Source: Dipteris shenzhenensis
Taxonomy: Eukaryota
Assembly: GCA_047967505.1 (NCBI GenBank)
Contig: CM106538.1
DNA: 64,000 nucleotides
Reading direction: 5' to 3' (one strand)
The position numbers and the translations under genes were made by a program. Shown here one piece after another: positions 11,783-25,800 of the stretch. The notes under the pieces were generated by a model. It ran no database searches. It was not told where the DNA came from and saw only the letters and a list, made by a program, of their open reading frames with translations. How positions within the stretch are numbered: position 1 is the first letter of the stretch; each line of letters opens with the position of its first letter.

Positions 11783-13057
11783 ATCCCTCATGCGTGCCTT
11801 AGGCATCTTCTTCTCATTGAAGACCACATCATGGCTGCATATGATCTTCTTTGCTTCTAGATCCCAGAGACGATAGCCCATCTCTCCACTTTCACCATAA
11901 CCTAGAAAGATGCATTTCCTAGACTTAGGATCTAGCTTCTTTCGAAGCTCTTTTGGCACATGTGCATATGCCTCACACCCAAATATATGCAAATGAGAGT
12001 AAGAGGGCTTCTTTCCACACCATGCCTCTTCAGGAATACCACCATCCAAACTCTTACTAGGTGATCTATTGATCACATGCACTGCAGTCTTCATTGCCTT
12101 AGCCCAAAAACCACCAGAAAGACTTGCATTGGAAAGCATGCATTGCAACCTTTCTTGAATGGTACGGTTCATCTTTTCTGCAACTGGATTTTGCTCTAGA
12201 GTACGAGGGGATGTAAGCTCCCTCTTAATCCCACGAGTATCACAGAAATGCTGAAAGTCATGAGAGAGATACTCTCCACCATTGTCAGTCCGTAGGCATT
12301 TAAGCGTTCTACCTGACTGATTCTCAACCAAGGCCAGCCATTTCTGAAATACCTGGAACACATCACTCTTCCGAGCTATAGCATAAGCCCACACTTTCCT
12401 AGTTGCATCATCAATGAATGTCACATAGTATTCAGCCCTGCCTAATGACCGTGTAGGCATGGGACCACATATGTCTGAATGCACCAAATCAAGCATTTCA
12501 AACTCTTTCTTTCCCCTTCTTTTATGGGCTGATTTAGTCCGCTTCCCATAGAGACAATGCTCACAAAATTCAAAATCAGAGAAACTCAAATGCGGTACAT
12601 AACCCAAACGGCATAAGAGTTTCATTCCATTCTGGCTCATGTGCCCCAACCTGCAATGCCACAAAGAAGTGCTTGGCTGCTCGGTTATTGCAACAACATG
12701 ATCAAATACCCCTGATACATGTAAGGGATACAAAGTCCCACACTTGGCACCCCTAGCCAAAGGCATAGAGCCCTTTTGAATTTTCCAACTCTGAAAGCCA
12801 AAAGTGGTGTGAAAACCAGCATCATCTAGCTGACCCACTGAAATAAGACTCTTGGTCAGCTTAGGCACATGTCTCACATGTTTCAAAACAAATGCAGACC
12901 CATTTGCAAAAGAAAACTTTATGTCACCTTCTCCCACTATGTCACATGCATAGTCATTTCCAAGATGCACACAACCTGTCTTTCCACTGTCATAAGTGGA
13001 GAACCATTCCCTATGGGGAGTAACATGGAATGAAGTACCAGAATCCAAAATCCAATC
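11771..13057 (-). pseudogene. pol: Copia protease-integrase of B1 (truncated)
   Basis: WILDSGTSFH, LWHCRLGHMS, LVHSDICGP, LRTDNGGEY, KLDPKSRKCIFLGY. Confidence 0.95.
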
Positions 13058-15621
13058 CTAGGAATATGCATCATCTGAAGTGGTAAGCAACTCTGCAGAT
13101 AAACTAGACATGAAGAGAACATCATTGTCACTATCACGTGTGACTACATTGATCTCCTCGATCTTCACTTTTCCTTTGTCCTCCCTTGGACTCTCTTCCT
13201 TTTGATTTGCACCCCAATTTGCATTCTTTTTCTTATCCTTTTGCTCTCTTTCCAGCTTGTAGCAATCCTTTTTCATATGGCCCTTCTTGCCACAATGGTA
13301 ACACTCAATGTTCCGTGCCTTGGATTTGCTACGAGACTTCCCTCTTTCTTGGGACTTCCCCCTGAACTGTGATCTGCCCCTTTGCACATTTAAGGCTGCA
13401 TCCTGCTTGTTGCCATCCATAGACTTCCGTCTAATCTCCTCGGCCAACAAGCTACCCACAACATCATCAAATTTTAGTACTCCACTAGGTGCAGAGTTAC
13501 TGACAGCTGTACAGAAGGTATCCCATGAGGATGGCAATGAACATAAGAGAAATATTGCCTTAGTCTCCGCATCAAAATTCATTTTCTGAGCCTGAAGCTG
13601 GCTGAAAATAATATTGAATTCATTCAAATGAGAAGCAATGGAGACCCCTTCCTTCATCTGCAGCTCAAACAACCTCTTCATGAGGTAAACTTTATTAGAG
13701 GCAGTTTCCTTCTCATAAGTGGCACACAGTTTCTTCCACAAATCTTCCGTAGTCTGCTCATTTACTACTGTGAAATAAACTGACTCTGCAAGATGAAGTC
13801 TAATAGTAGACTTTGCTAATGGATCCAACTCATTCCAATCATCCTCAGACATATCCGTAGGCTTAGCTTCAATACTTGCCAAGGGTTTAATCTGCTTCTT
13901 TTGAATAAGCACATGTCTTATTTGTTCTTTCCACAAAGAAAAGTTTGTCCCATCAAACTTTGTAATGCTGAAAAATTCCTTTTCAGACATGGAAGAGGAT
14001 GCCATGATACAAATGAAACAAAATCCCAAATGCTAGTGCCTGCAAGAGAGAATCACACCAAATACCAGGTGCACCCAAATGTGTATGCCACAATAGTGTG
14101 AAATATCACCAAAACTCAAAGCTCAAAGCATCAAAAGATGCATCTGACTCATGTGCATATACTATGCATCCATATGAGCAAATCTGGCCCAAAAGAAAAT
14201 GCCAATAAGTGCCAAATGACTCAAGCATAAACACTATCCACTGGCATATGCATCAATAATGTCTCATCCAAGAGAGCATAGCACTATCATTGCATCACCT
14301 GCAATGTTTCAAAGCTGTCCCTCAGCATAAAATAGCATCCATGTGCAAAGCGTCCATAAAAAATAGCATCCCACAAGGCAATTTGGGCCTATCAGCGCAT
14401 CCAACAAGGACCGCAATGCATCCAAATGGCCTATAAATCATCCATTGCAACCCAATGCATACCATGAATGAGCGCACAACACTGCTCAAACTGCAACCAG
14501 AGTGATCTGCATAAGGTATGCTCAAGAAATCATAGTCCCATGGTAATGAGCGCTACTGAAAATAGAACCTGAGATGCTTCAAAAAATGGGCGCCATTGCA
14601 TAATCGAACTCAACAAGAAAATCTGCAAATATCTCTCTTCTGCCAGAACTCCAAAATCCCAACCGATGAGTGAGAAATGGGAGTCAACACTTATCCACTG
14701 CCATGTGGCATAAATCTAAGGTTTCAAAACCTTAGTATGAAAAATGCATAACAGAGAGACGAAATCGAATACACAGAGATTTATAACTCAGAAAATCCTC
14801 CACCGAATCACACAAGAACTGATAGGTAGGGGTTTTTGGGCGTCCGGAACGCAATGGGATAGACGGTTTTGGAAACCGTGGTCTCAATCACTAGGTCCAA
14901 CACATGGACTGAAAAACGTTTTTTGAGACAGAGCTATTTGTAAACTCCACCGGAGTGTGAATGATGAGCAACATAGAAGTTTTAGGACCTCTTGAGTCCA
15001 CCGGAACTGACAAATCTACAAATGGTTGCTCCAAACTTGAGTTCCAACACCCGGGCAAAAAACGCAGAAACTGACATAGTGAGTCAGAAATCCAATGAAA
15101 TGATCCTAGATTCAAGAATAAAGGTGTTTCCAGGCTCCTGAAGTAATGTGGACACCAAAAGCAAGCAATAGTTGCCTCTACAAGTCAATACGGAGTCTCT
15201 GTCATCGAACGGAACAAGGAAAAGCTCAAAAAATGACTTTTTCTTTGAAAGCTCTTAACAGGCTCTCAAAACCACTTCGCAAAACCAAAGTGACTTTTCC
15301 AAAGGTTCCTCCAAGGTCTCTGCATACTCGGATGCAAGTAAAGTCACCCACAAAGCTTCCCACAGAGCTTCTCCTTCCTCCCATAGAGCTGCTGAGCTTC
15401 CAAGCATTCACGCACGCTCAGCTAGATCACCCGGGCTCTGATACCAGTTGAGAGTGCTCTCAACGGAAGCAAGAACGGAAGAAGGAGAGAGAGAGAGAGA
15501 GACAGAGCCACACAAGTTTGGTGGGTGCAGCACCACCCTAATCTTCTTTTTCATTCATTTATATATGTGTTTGAGTATTGTACATAACTGGGGTTAAGGC
15601 ACAGTGACCTTTAACCCCACA
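11780..15621 (-). mobile_element. Ty1/copia element B1, 3'-truncated after integrase
   Basis: 5' LTR 15449-15621 (TG...CA), tRNA-iMet PBS TGGTATCAGAGC 15435-15446, ~1.4-kb leader, gag, protease, integrase. No RT or 3' LTR. Confidence 0.95.
13058..14029 (-). CDS. gag: Copia Gag of B1
   Basis: KFDGTNFSLWK, LLCSLPSSW, knuckle CYHCGKKGHMKKDC; ends at an in-frame TAG just before the protease. Confidence 0.9.
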   Translation of the reverse strand: MGFCFICIMASSSMSEKEFFSITKFDGTNFSLWKEQIRHVLIQKKQIKPLASIEAKPTDMSEDDWNELDPLAKSTIRLHLAESVYFTVVNEQTTEDLWKKLCATYEKETASNKVYLMKRLFELQMKEGVSIASHLNEFNIIFSQLQAQKMNFDAETKAIFLLCSLPSSWDTFCTAVSNSAPSGVLKFDDVVGSLLAEEIRRKSMDGNKQDAALNVQRGRSQFRGKSQERGKSRSKSKARNIECYHCGKKGHMKKDCYKLEREQKDKKKNANWGANQKEESPREDKGKVKIEEINVVTRDSDNDVLFMSSLSAELLTTSDDAYS

Positions 15622-18600
15622 GTAGCAAAAGCTCACGTACTCATCTCAATGCAGGCAATGGAGTACTCATTGCCTTCCCTCCCTCCATATTGAAACGCTG
15701 CAATACTTTTGTAACATACTCTTTTTGTGAAAGCCAAAGGAGTTTCCTACTCCGATCACGCGTGATGCGCATACCAAGAATATGACCTGCAAGTCCCAAA
15801 TCCTTCATATCAAAGGCCTCATGCAACTTGGCCTTTAATGCATCTAGCTCATAAGTATTCTTGCTAGCCAATAGCATATCATCCACATATAGTGCCAAGA
15901 TTATCAGGCTATTATCCTTAGCCCTTTTAGTGTAGAGGCAGTGATCAATTTCACTCCTTCTGAAACCCTAGGACCAAATGAAAGCATCAAACTTCTGATA
16001 CCATTCTCTAGGCGCTTGCTTAAGACCATAGAGACTCTTCTTCAGCTTTCAAACTAAATGCTCTTTGCCCTTTTCTTCAATAAGTGAACTCATCTTTGAT
16101 TGCATAGCATACTCCCACTTGCGTTGATCCTCACGCATCATAGCCTCTTTGTAGCAAGAAGGCTCCCCGAAATCAGTAAGCATCACATAGTCTACCCCTG
16201 GAACAAATCTATCAGGCAGTCTAGACACTCTAGATGATCTTCTCAAGGGCATTTCAGCTTGCTATCCCACCTGCATATCAACCACATTTGGCTCATCATT
16301 TCCACCAATAGATGATCCATCATCTACCCTTGATTGTATACCTGTGGGAGTACTTGGTGGTACCATTTCTTGCACACTTGGTGCATGGATAGCTTGCTGT
16401 CTATCAACATATGCAGGTGAATTCACATCCTGCAAAGTGATTCTCCTCATTTCCACATCCCTCATGGGTGCCTTATGCATCTTCTTCTCATTGAAGACCA
16501 CATCATGGCTACGTATGATCTTCTTTGCTTCTGGATCCCAGAGATGATAGCCCATCTCTCCACTTTCACCATAACCCAGAAAGATGCATTTCCTAGACTT
16601 AGGATCTAGCTTCTTTCGAAGCTCTTTTGGCACATGTGCATATGCCTCACACCCAAATTTACGCAAATGAGAGTAAGAGGGCTTCTTGCCACTCCATGCC
16701 TCTTCAAGAATACCACCATCCAAACTCTTACTAGGTGATCTATTGATCACATGCACTGCAGTCTTCATTGCCTCAGCCCAAAAACCACCAGAAAGACTTG
16801 CATTGGAAAGCATGCATTGCAACCTTTCTTGAATGGTACGGTTCATCTTTTTTGCAACTGGATTTTGCTCTGGAGTATGAGGGGATGTGAGCTCCCTCTT
16901 AATCCCACGTGTATCATAGAAATGCTGAAAGTCATGAGAGAGATACTCTCCACCATTGTCAGTCCGTAGGCATTTAAGCATTCTACCTGACTGATTCTCA
17001 ACCAAGGCCAGCCATTTCTGAAATACCTGGAACACATCACTCTTCCGAGCTATAGCATAAGCCCACACTTTCCTAGTTGCATCATCAATGAATGTCACAT
17101 AGTATTCAACCCCGCCTAATGACCGTGTAGGCATGGGACCACATATGTCTGAATGCACCAAATCAAGCTTTTCAAACTCTTTCTTTCCCCTTCTTTTATG
17201 GGCTGATTTAGTCTGCTTCCCATAGAGACAGTGCTCACAAAATTCAAAATCAGAGAAACTCAAATGCGGTACATAACCCAAACGGCATAAGAGTTTCATT
17301 CCATTCTGGCTCATGTGCCCCAACCTGCAATGCCACAAAGAAGTGCTTGGCTACTCGGTTATTGCAACAACATGATCAAATACGCCTGATACATGTAAGG
17401 GATACAAAGTCCCACACTTGGCACCCCTGGCCAAAAGCATAGAGCCCTTCTGAATTTTCGAACTTTGAAAACCAAAAGTGGTGTGAAAACCAACATCATC
17501 TAGCTGACCCACTGAAATAAGACTCTTGGTCAGCTTAGGCACATGCCTCACATGTTTCAAAACAAATGCAGACCCATTTGCAAAAGAAAATTTTATGTCA
17601 CCTACTCCCACTATGTCACATGCATAGTCATTTCCAAGATGCACACAACCTGTCTTTCCACTATCATAAGTGGAGAACCATTCCCTATGGGGAGTAACAT
17701 GGAATGAAGCACCAGAATCCAAAATCCAATCCTAGAAATATGCATCATCTGAAGTGGTAAGCAACTCTACAGATAAACTAGACATGAAGAGAACGTCATT
17801 GTCACTATCATGTGTGACTGCATTGATCTCGTCGATCTTCACTTTTCCTTTGTCCTCCCTTGGACTTTTGATTTGCACCCCAATTTGCATTCTTTTTCCT
17901 ATCCTTTTTCTCTCTTTTCAGCTTGTAGCAATCCTTTTTCATATGGCCCTTCTTGCCACAGTGGTAACACTCAATGTTTCGTGTCCTGGATTTGCTACGA
18001 GACTTCCCTCTTTCTTGGGACTTCCCCCTGAACTGTGATCTACCCCTTTGCACATTTAAGGATGCATCCTGCTTGATGCCATCCATAGACTTCCATCTAA
18101 TCTCCTCGGCCAACAAGCTACCCACAACATCATCAAATTTTAGTACTCCAGTAGGTGCAGAGTTACTGACAGCTGTACGGAAGGTATCCCATGAGGATGG
18201 CAATGAACATAAGAGAAATATTGCCTTAGTCTCCGCATCAAAATTCATTTTCTGAGCCTGAAGCTGGCTGAAAATAATATTGAATTCATTCAAATGAGAA
18301 GCAATGGAGACCCCTTCCTTCATCTGCAGCTCAAACAACCTCTTCATGAGGTAAACTTTATTAGAGGTAGTTTCCTTCTCATAAGTGGCACACAGTTTCT
18401 TCCACAAATCTTCCGTAGTCTGCTCATTTACTCCTGTGAAATAAACTGACTCTGCAAGATGAAGTCTAATAGTAGACTTTGCTAATGCATCCAACTCATT
18501 CCAATCATCCTCAGACATATTTGTAGGCTTAGCTTCAATCCCTGCCAAGGGTTCAATCTGCTTCTTTTGAATAAGCACATCCCTTATTTGTTCTTTCCAT

Positions 18601-20294
18601 AAAGAAAAGTTTGTCCCATCAAACTTTTTAATGTTGAAAAACTCCTTTTAGACATGGAAGAGGATGCCATGATGCAAATGAAACAAAATCCCAAATGCTA
18701 GTCCCTGCAAGAGAGAATCACACCAAATACCAGGTGCACCCAAATGTGTATGCCACAATAGAGTGAAATATCACCAAAATTCAAAGCTCAAAGCATCAAA
18801 AGATGCATCTGACTCATGTGCATATACTATGCATCCATATGAGCAAATCTGGCCCAAAAGAAAATGCCAATAAGTGCCAAAGGACTCAAGCATAAACACT
18901 GTCCACTGGCATATGCATCAATAATATCTCATCCATGAGAGCATAGCACTATCAGTGCATCACCTACAATGTGTCAAAGCTGTGCCTCAGCATAAAATAG
19001 CATCCATGTGCAAAGCGTCCACAAAAATAGCATCCCACAAGGCAATTTGGGCCTATCAGCGCATCCAATAAGAACCGCAATGCATCCAAATGGCCTATAA
19101 ATCATCCACTGCAACCCAATGCATATCACGAACGAGCGCACACTGCTCAAACACACTGCTCAAACTACAACCAGAGTGATCTGCATAAGGTATGCTCAAG
19201 AAATCATAGTCCCACGGTAATGACCGCTACTGAAAATAGAACCTGAGATGCCTCAAAACATGGGCGCCATTGCATAATCGGACTCAGCAAGAAAATCTGC
19301 AAATATCTTTCTTCTGCCAGAACTCCAAAATCCCAACCGATGAGTGAGAAATGGGAGTCAACACTTATCCACTGCCATGTGGCATAAATCTAAGGTTTCA
19401 AAACCTTAGAATGAAAAATTCATAACAGAGAGACGAAATCGAATACACAGAGATCTATAACTCTGAAAATCCTCCACCAAATTGCGCAAGAACTGACAGG
19501 TAGGGGATTTTGGGCGTCCGAAACGCAATGGGACAGACAGTTTTGGAAACCGTGGTCTCAATCACTGGGTCCAACACACAGACTGAAAAACGTTTTTGGA
19601 AATAGAGCTGTTTGTAAACTCCACCGGAGTGTGAATGATGAGCAACATAGAAGTTTTAGGACCTCCTGAGTCCACCAGAACTGATAGATCTGCAAATGGT
19701 TGCTCCAAACTTGAGTTCCAACACCGGGGTAAAAAACGTAGGAAGTGACATAGTGAGTCAGAAATCCAATGAAATGATCCCAGATTCAAGAATGAAGGTG
19801 TTTCCAAGCTCTTGAAGTGAAGTGGACACCAAAAGTAAGCAATAGTTGCCTCTACAAGTTAATATGGAGTCTCTGTCATCGAACGGAACAGGGAAAAGCT
19901 CAAAAAATGACTTTTTCTTTGAAACCACTTAACAGGCTCTCAAAAACCACTTCGCAAAGCCAAAGTGACTTTTCCAAAGGTTCCTCCAAGGTCTCTGTAC
20001 ACTTGGATGCAAGTAAAGTCACCCACAAAGCTTCCCACAAAGCTTCTCCTTCCTCCCACATAGCTACTGAGCTTCCAAGCATTCACGCACGCTCAACTAG
20101 ATCACCCGGGCTCTGATACCAGTTGAGAGTGCTCTCAACGGAAGCAAGAACGGAAGAAGGAGAGAGAGAGACAGAGAGCCACACAAGTTTTGGTGGGTGC
20201 AGAACCACCCTAATCTTCTTTTTCATTCATTTATATATGTGTTTGAGTATTGTACATAACTGGGGTAAAGGCACAATGACCTTTATCCCCCACA
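15622..20294 (-). mobile_element. Ty1/copia element B2 (same family as B1), with partial RT
   Basis: 5' LTR 20124-20294, PBS 20110-20121, gag 17808-18578, protease 17351-17722, integrase 16262-17338, RT piece LYVDDML 15641-15898. The B1 LTR abuts its RT. Confidence 0.95.
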
Positions 20295-21341
20295 GATTGA
20301 TTGTGTGAGTAGTGACATAAAAGAGCTTGCACTATTAGTAGTAGCATGAATGTTTGGTCAAATGGTTGAGCAAGGCTTGCAAGTTAGATTTAATCCTCAT
20401 GGATGCTGTGTTGAGGATGTGAAAAATAAAGGTTGCTTGATAGCAAAAGGAAAGAAGAAGGGCAGGATGTTTACGTTGGATGCAGACATGCCTGAATTGA
20501 GTGCAGCAATGTTTGCACATGGGACCAGTGCAGTTGTAGATATTGATATCTGGCATAAATGCATTGGTCATGTTAATGTACAACAACTTAAATTAATGTA
20601 GGCCCAAAATATTATTGCAAAATTGCCTAAGTTCAAGGTTGCAGAAATGCATAAGGTATGTGAAGCCTGTCAATTTGGAAAACAGGCAAGGAAACCATTT
20701 CCTAAACATGTTCAAGAGAAGGCCATTGAAATTAATCCACTCTAATGTGTGGACTACTAAAGCTGTATCTATTGGAGGCTGTCATTATTTTGTCACTTTT
20801 ATTGATGAATACAATAGAAAAGTTTGGGTGTATTTTATGAAAAAGAAAAGTGAAGTGTTTGGACATTTCAAAGCCTTTAAAGCTATGGTTGAGAAAGAAA
20901 CAGGCCTGCAAATAAAATGCCTAAGGTTAGATAAGGGGGAGAGTACCTCTAAAATGAGTTTGCAAGGTTCCTACAAGAGCATGGCATAAAGCAACAATAT
21001 TCATGTAGTCATACCCTACATCAAAATGGACTTGCAGAAAGGGAAAACAGGCATATTAGAGAGGTATCTCGTGCCATGCTCAACAAAAAAGACTTGTCAG
21101 ATTATTATTGGGTTGAAGCAGTTGTTACAGCAGTTTACATAATGAACAAGACTCCCACTACAGCAATACATGGCATGATGCTAGAGGAGAGGTATACTGG
21201 TAGGAAACCAAATATTTCTCATTTGAAAGTTTTGGTTGCATTGCCTATGTTCATGTGCAAGATGAGTTGAGATCCAAGTTGGATCCAAAAGATGAGAAGT
21301 GCATCTTTATTAGCTATTCTCTACAGCAAAAAGGGTATAGA

Positions 21342-21840
21342 TGTGAAGAGAGTGGGAGAGACGTACTACTGTGAATTTTGTGCAGCTTACCATTTTGTGC
21401 ATCTACATCATCAATCACATTTACTAGTTTATACGAGCTGCTCATCTCATCAAAAACAACATCTCTGCTCACTGTGAACTTACGAGTAGAAGGGTTATAG
21501 CATCTATACCCTTTATGCTGCAGAGAATAACCAATAAAGATGCACTTCTCAGCTTTTGGATCCAACTTGGATCTCAACTCATCTTGCACATGAACATAGG
21601 CAATGCAACAAAAAACTTTCAAATGAGAAATATCTAGTTTCCTACTAGTATACCTCTCCTCTAGCATCACGCCATGCAATGTTGCAGTGGGAGTCCTGTT
21701 CATTATGTAAACTGTTGTAGAAACTGCTTCAACCCAATAATAATCCGGCAGGTCTTTTTCGTTGAGCATGGCACGAGTCGGTAACATAAATGCACAACGG
21801 TCACCCTGGCATATCATGAGTGGAGCTCAATATCTCAACA
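21342..21840 (-). mobile_element. 499-bp LTR-ended mini-element of family C in inverted orientation
   Basis: TG...CA ends; TSD ATAGA (21337-21341, 21841-21845). First ~63 bp match the C LTR start at 29747, last ~20 bp resemble its end, and the interior is an integrase fragment. Confidence 0.9.
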
Positions 21841-22857
21841 ATAGATGCTATAATCCTTCTACTCGTAAGTTTACAATAAGTAGAGATGTTTTTTATAAGA
21901 TGAGCAGTTGGTATAACCAGTAAATGTGATTGATGATGTAGATGCACAAAATAGTAATGATGCACAGAATTCACAACAGCAATCACAAAATATTAATGGA
22001 CCTATAGTGTCCTCTAGCAGTGGTTCACATACTTTGCCATGGACAAGCAGATTAAGATCAAGAGAATCTCCTCAAAGCAATGCAAATAGTGGTATGCAAG
22101 TATCACGAAAAGGAAAAGAGAAAGTAGATCAGCCCATGGTTGATGTGAGTGCAAGTCACTCTTATGTGGATAGTGAATCCAGTGGCTCAGAACAGAGCCT
22201 TGATGATGAGTTGGGTATTCCTTCTATTGTTACACTTGGAGTAAGGAAGACAAGGGATGTTTTGAGAGCATCTAGTAGTAAGCCTATTATGCGCAGGTCT
22301 ACTAGAGTTAAGTATCCTGTGGATAGGCTGAAATATGATGGATTTACAGCCATTTACTATGCCTATATGGTCAAAGTGATACATGGATCAGAACCCACTT
22401 CTTTTGAGCAAGCCATGGGAAAAGAAAAATGAGAGAAAGCCATGGATGAAGAAATGGATGCCTTGGAAGCAAATGCAACATGGAAATTGGTGCCTTTGCC
22501 TAAAGACAAGAATGCAATTGGCTGCAAGTGGGTTTATAAGGTGAAGCACAATGCAGATGTTTCTGTGAGCAGATACAAGGCAAGATTAGTCATCAAGGGG
22601 TATGCACAAACATATGGCATTGATTATGAAAACACATTCAGTCCAGTTGCAAAGATGGCAACTGTAAGAGTAGTCATTGCTATGGCTACATCAAAGGGAT
22701 GGTTTTTACATCAGATGGATGTAAAGAATGCCTTCTTGCATGGTGATTTGCAAGAAGAGGTCTATATGGAGTAGCCCCTAGGTTATGTTCATGTTGTTCA
22801 TCATGAGTTTGTTTGCAGGTTGAAGAAAGCCTTGTATGGCTTGAAGCAAGCACCCAG

Positions 22858-25800
22858 TTGAGAGTTCACGCTCAACATCATGTGATCATGTGTGCATAGC
22901 ACCATCACGTGATCATATGTGCATAGCACTAACCTTATAGAGTGCTATAAAGGAAAGGGTTAGATCCCCTAACCCTAACCCTAAAAGGGTTTGTATATAT
23001 TCTATTTTTTCAAGTAAATCTATTGTACAGTTAGTCATTTGTGGTGTGCTCTCTAGCTGTGCCGTCTCTCCTCATCTCCACTCTTCTCCTCTCCCCTCTT
23101 CATATTTTGTCATGGTATTAGAGCTTCCTTGCCTTCTGCTGAGGCATTGTGATTCGTGAGAGCGTGAGAGAGTTTGAGAGTGATTGAGTGAGCATCCTTT
23201 CATTTTGTTAATGAAAGAGATTTCCATCCACTTGAGAGAAATTCTGTCTATGTGAGAATTTCCGTCTGTATATTGTGAGGATTCTTTTGAGAAGCTTTCA
23301 TTCATTCCGCTTTGAGAGATTCATTGAGAAAGAGAGTCTCATTTCTCTGTTGCATGAGATTTCAATTCTGAGAGTCGATTCTATGAGAGAGAGAGAGAGA
23401 GAGAGAGCAAGCGACCTCTCCAACTACTCTAAGGCCTTGACTGCGAAGTGCTCAGCCCAGCTCTTAGGTTTTTTCAAAGGCATCTATAGAGTGCTCGACT
23501 AGCATCGACTCAGTTTTGAGCCTCGACCCGAGTGGTTGACTGCTCCATCTACATCCACCAATTCTAGGCTTCTATAGCCTAAGCTTGCAAGGCGGACTCT
23601 ACTCCAGTACAACACTACAATGACCAGCGCCCTCCAAGAACTCGCTCAGTCGACCGACTCTATCAACGGGCTGTAGCTTCCATCAACACCTTGCAAACAG
23701 CTTCCAAAACAAGCCATGACTCCCAACGGACTTCTGTTCACAGGCAACGACCTCACAAGACTCTACCATAGTGCATGCACGCTGCTGACGGATGTCCACA
23801 GTCCTCTCCAGCCGCTCTTGCAAAGCCATCTAGCAACCTTCTAAGGATCTGTAGCTCTATAGTCCTCCAAGTGCTTAGCCAACACCAACCGAGGTTTGCC
23901 AACAACCAAGGGCCACCCAGTGCCTCCTCCATCAACCGGTTGTGCAACGAGATAGTTTCTTGCTATAGCAGCACTTAAACTTCAACCAGGCTCCGTGAAG
24001 GCTCTGGCTACCAACATTCCGGGCGAGAGCATATAGTTTGGCAAGAAGGTATGAAGACATTTCTCTCTGCACAAGAGGTTTGCTCAGTACAGAATGGCAC
24101 CTCGAATGGGCAAGCGAATAGTGCACTAAATGCCTTCGCGAATGGACAAGGAAAGGTTTCTTCCTTGGATGGGCGAATGTGGAAGGCTTCCTCAAATCAC
24201 TGCAGCAAGACTACTTGGGACCTCCACTCGCGTGAAAATCTAGAGCGTAGCATGACCGAGGCGAATACGACTCCATCGATGGAATCTTCAAAGATTTCGA
24301 AGCATCTCAAAAGATTTCGGCTATCCACGCCCTCCTAGGACCACATGGCAGGGGGGAGGATATCCCTTATCCTCAACCTCACCACACATTGTGTGGTCAG
24401 CCAAAGGACATGTGGCAGACGACTGCCATGCCATCATCTTACCTTCAACTGCCATGTCAACAACCCAAGCTCAGCTGCCACGCCATCAATGCCACGTAAG
24501 CAACCACATCAATAGCCCAGCTTAGTTGACACATTATCAAGCCACATCATCATTGCCATGTCACCTCTACCACATTAGTAGTGCCACCTCAGCAGTCCAG
24601 TCAGCACTAACCCTCTGCAGGCACAATCCCTTGCCAGGCACACTGTGCACACACTGTATGTGCACACTCCTGCCACCTCAGCATAGAGCTTCATAGGCAC
24701 ACCTCTTGCTAAGCATAGTGCCACATCATCACTGCATGTGACTCACAGTGAAACATCATCATTAAGCACCACTTGCACTCCTTTTGCCCCTCCACCTAGA
24801 TCAAGTCGTATCTCTTGATCCATGAAGAATTTGAGGACGCTCCAAAAAGGAAAGTCGCTCATTTTTTTGTGCTCTATGCGCTCATCATATCATATGCACA
24901 TTTCGGTGTAAGTTACACTCACATTTAAGCCTCGCCGACAAAACCACTTCCTTCATGCACATTTGCCTCTACATCGATGCATCTGACCTAGCACTTAAAA
25001 AGAACAAAAGAAAAGGAATTATTTGCTATTCTTTCATCGATCGACGGTTGGTTTAGATCTAGATCAGAGTAGACTAGATCGCCATAGAGGGGACGCTTTG
25101 AATTCCCAAAGTTGCCAATCTAAGCCATGCCCGAAATTCCTGACTCGTACCTACTCAGTCCATACGCTCACATACGGTTTCACATCATTACATTACTTGA
25201 AACCTTACATTCATCAGTTCAATGAGCAGACTTCAGAGTTCAGAGGCATTGCAGATTGATTCAGTGGGACACATGCCATCATTGTAAAGCCTATTCGGCT
25301 ATCTCACGGCATCATGCACATCATTTTTAGCCTTGTAAAGCCTCTTGGCTATTCCTAGCATCATTGCCACAAGCCTTGTAATACAAATCAGATTTTATAT
25401 ACTGCAGTTCTATCTTCACCGATGGTACAGAGATTTCACTTGGCATCTTTAGTGTATTTGCAATTGATTCATACAGAGATTTTCAGGACAACTTTTTGAG
25501 TACATTTCTTGCACGATGTTGACTAGCAACCTCAATCTGGAGGCATCTACTAAGTTAGACAACTCCAATTACGGTACATGGAAATACCAAATGGAGACCA
25601 TTCTTGTACTTCAGGACAAATGGGAGTATGTCAATGGGTCTACACCTAGACCATTGGCCGATCCAGCCACCAGTAGCTCTACTCCATTTGTTGTCATAGC
25701 ACCAGCAACGGGATCTACATCAGGATCTACATTTACACAAATAGTTTCCGCACCAGTAGTAGATTTTTCCATTGCTCGAGCTCAAGTAGAATGGGATAAG

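Noticed and set aside
11771-20294. B1 plus B2 as one intact element with two LTRs
   Set aside because: Both LTRs are followed by a PBS and a gag, neither has a PPT, and the flanks show no TSD.
22967-22985. Telomeric repeat (CCCTAA)n
   Set aside because: Only about three units inside an LTR; at most a telo-box-like motif.
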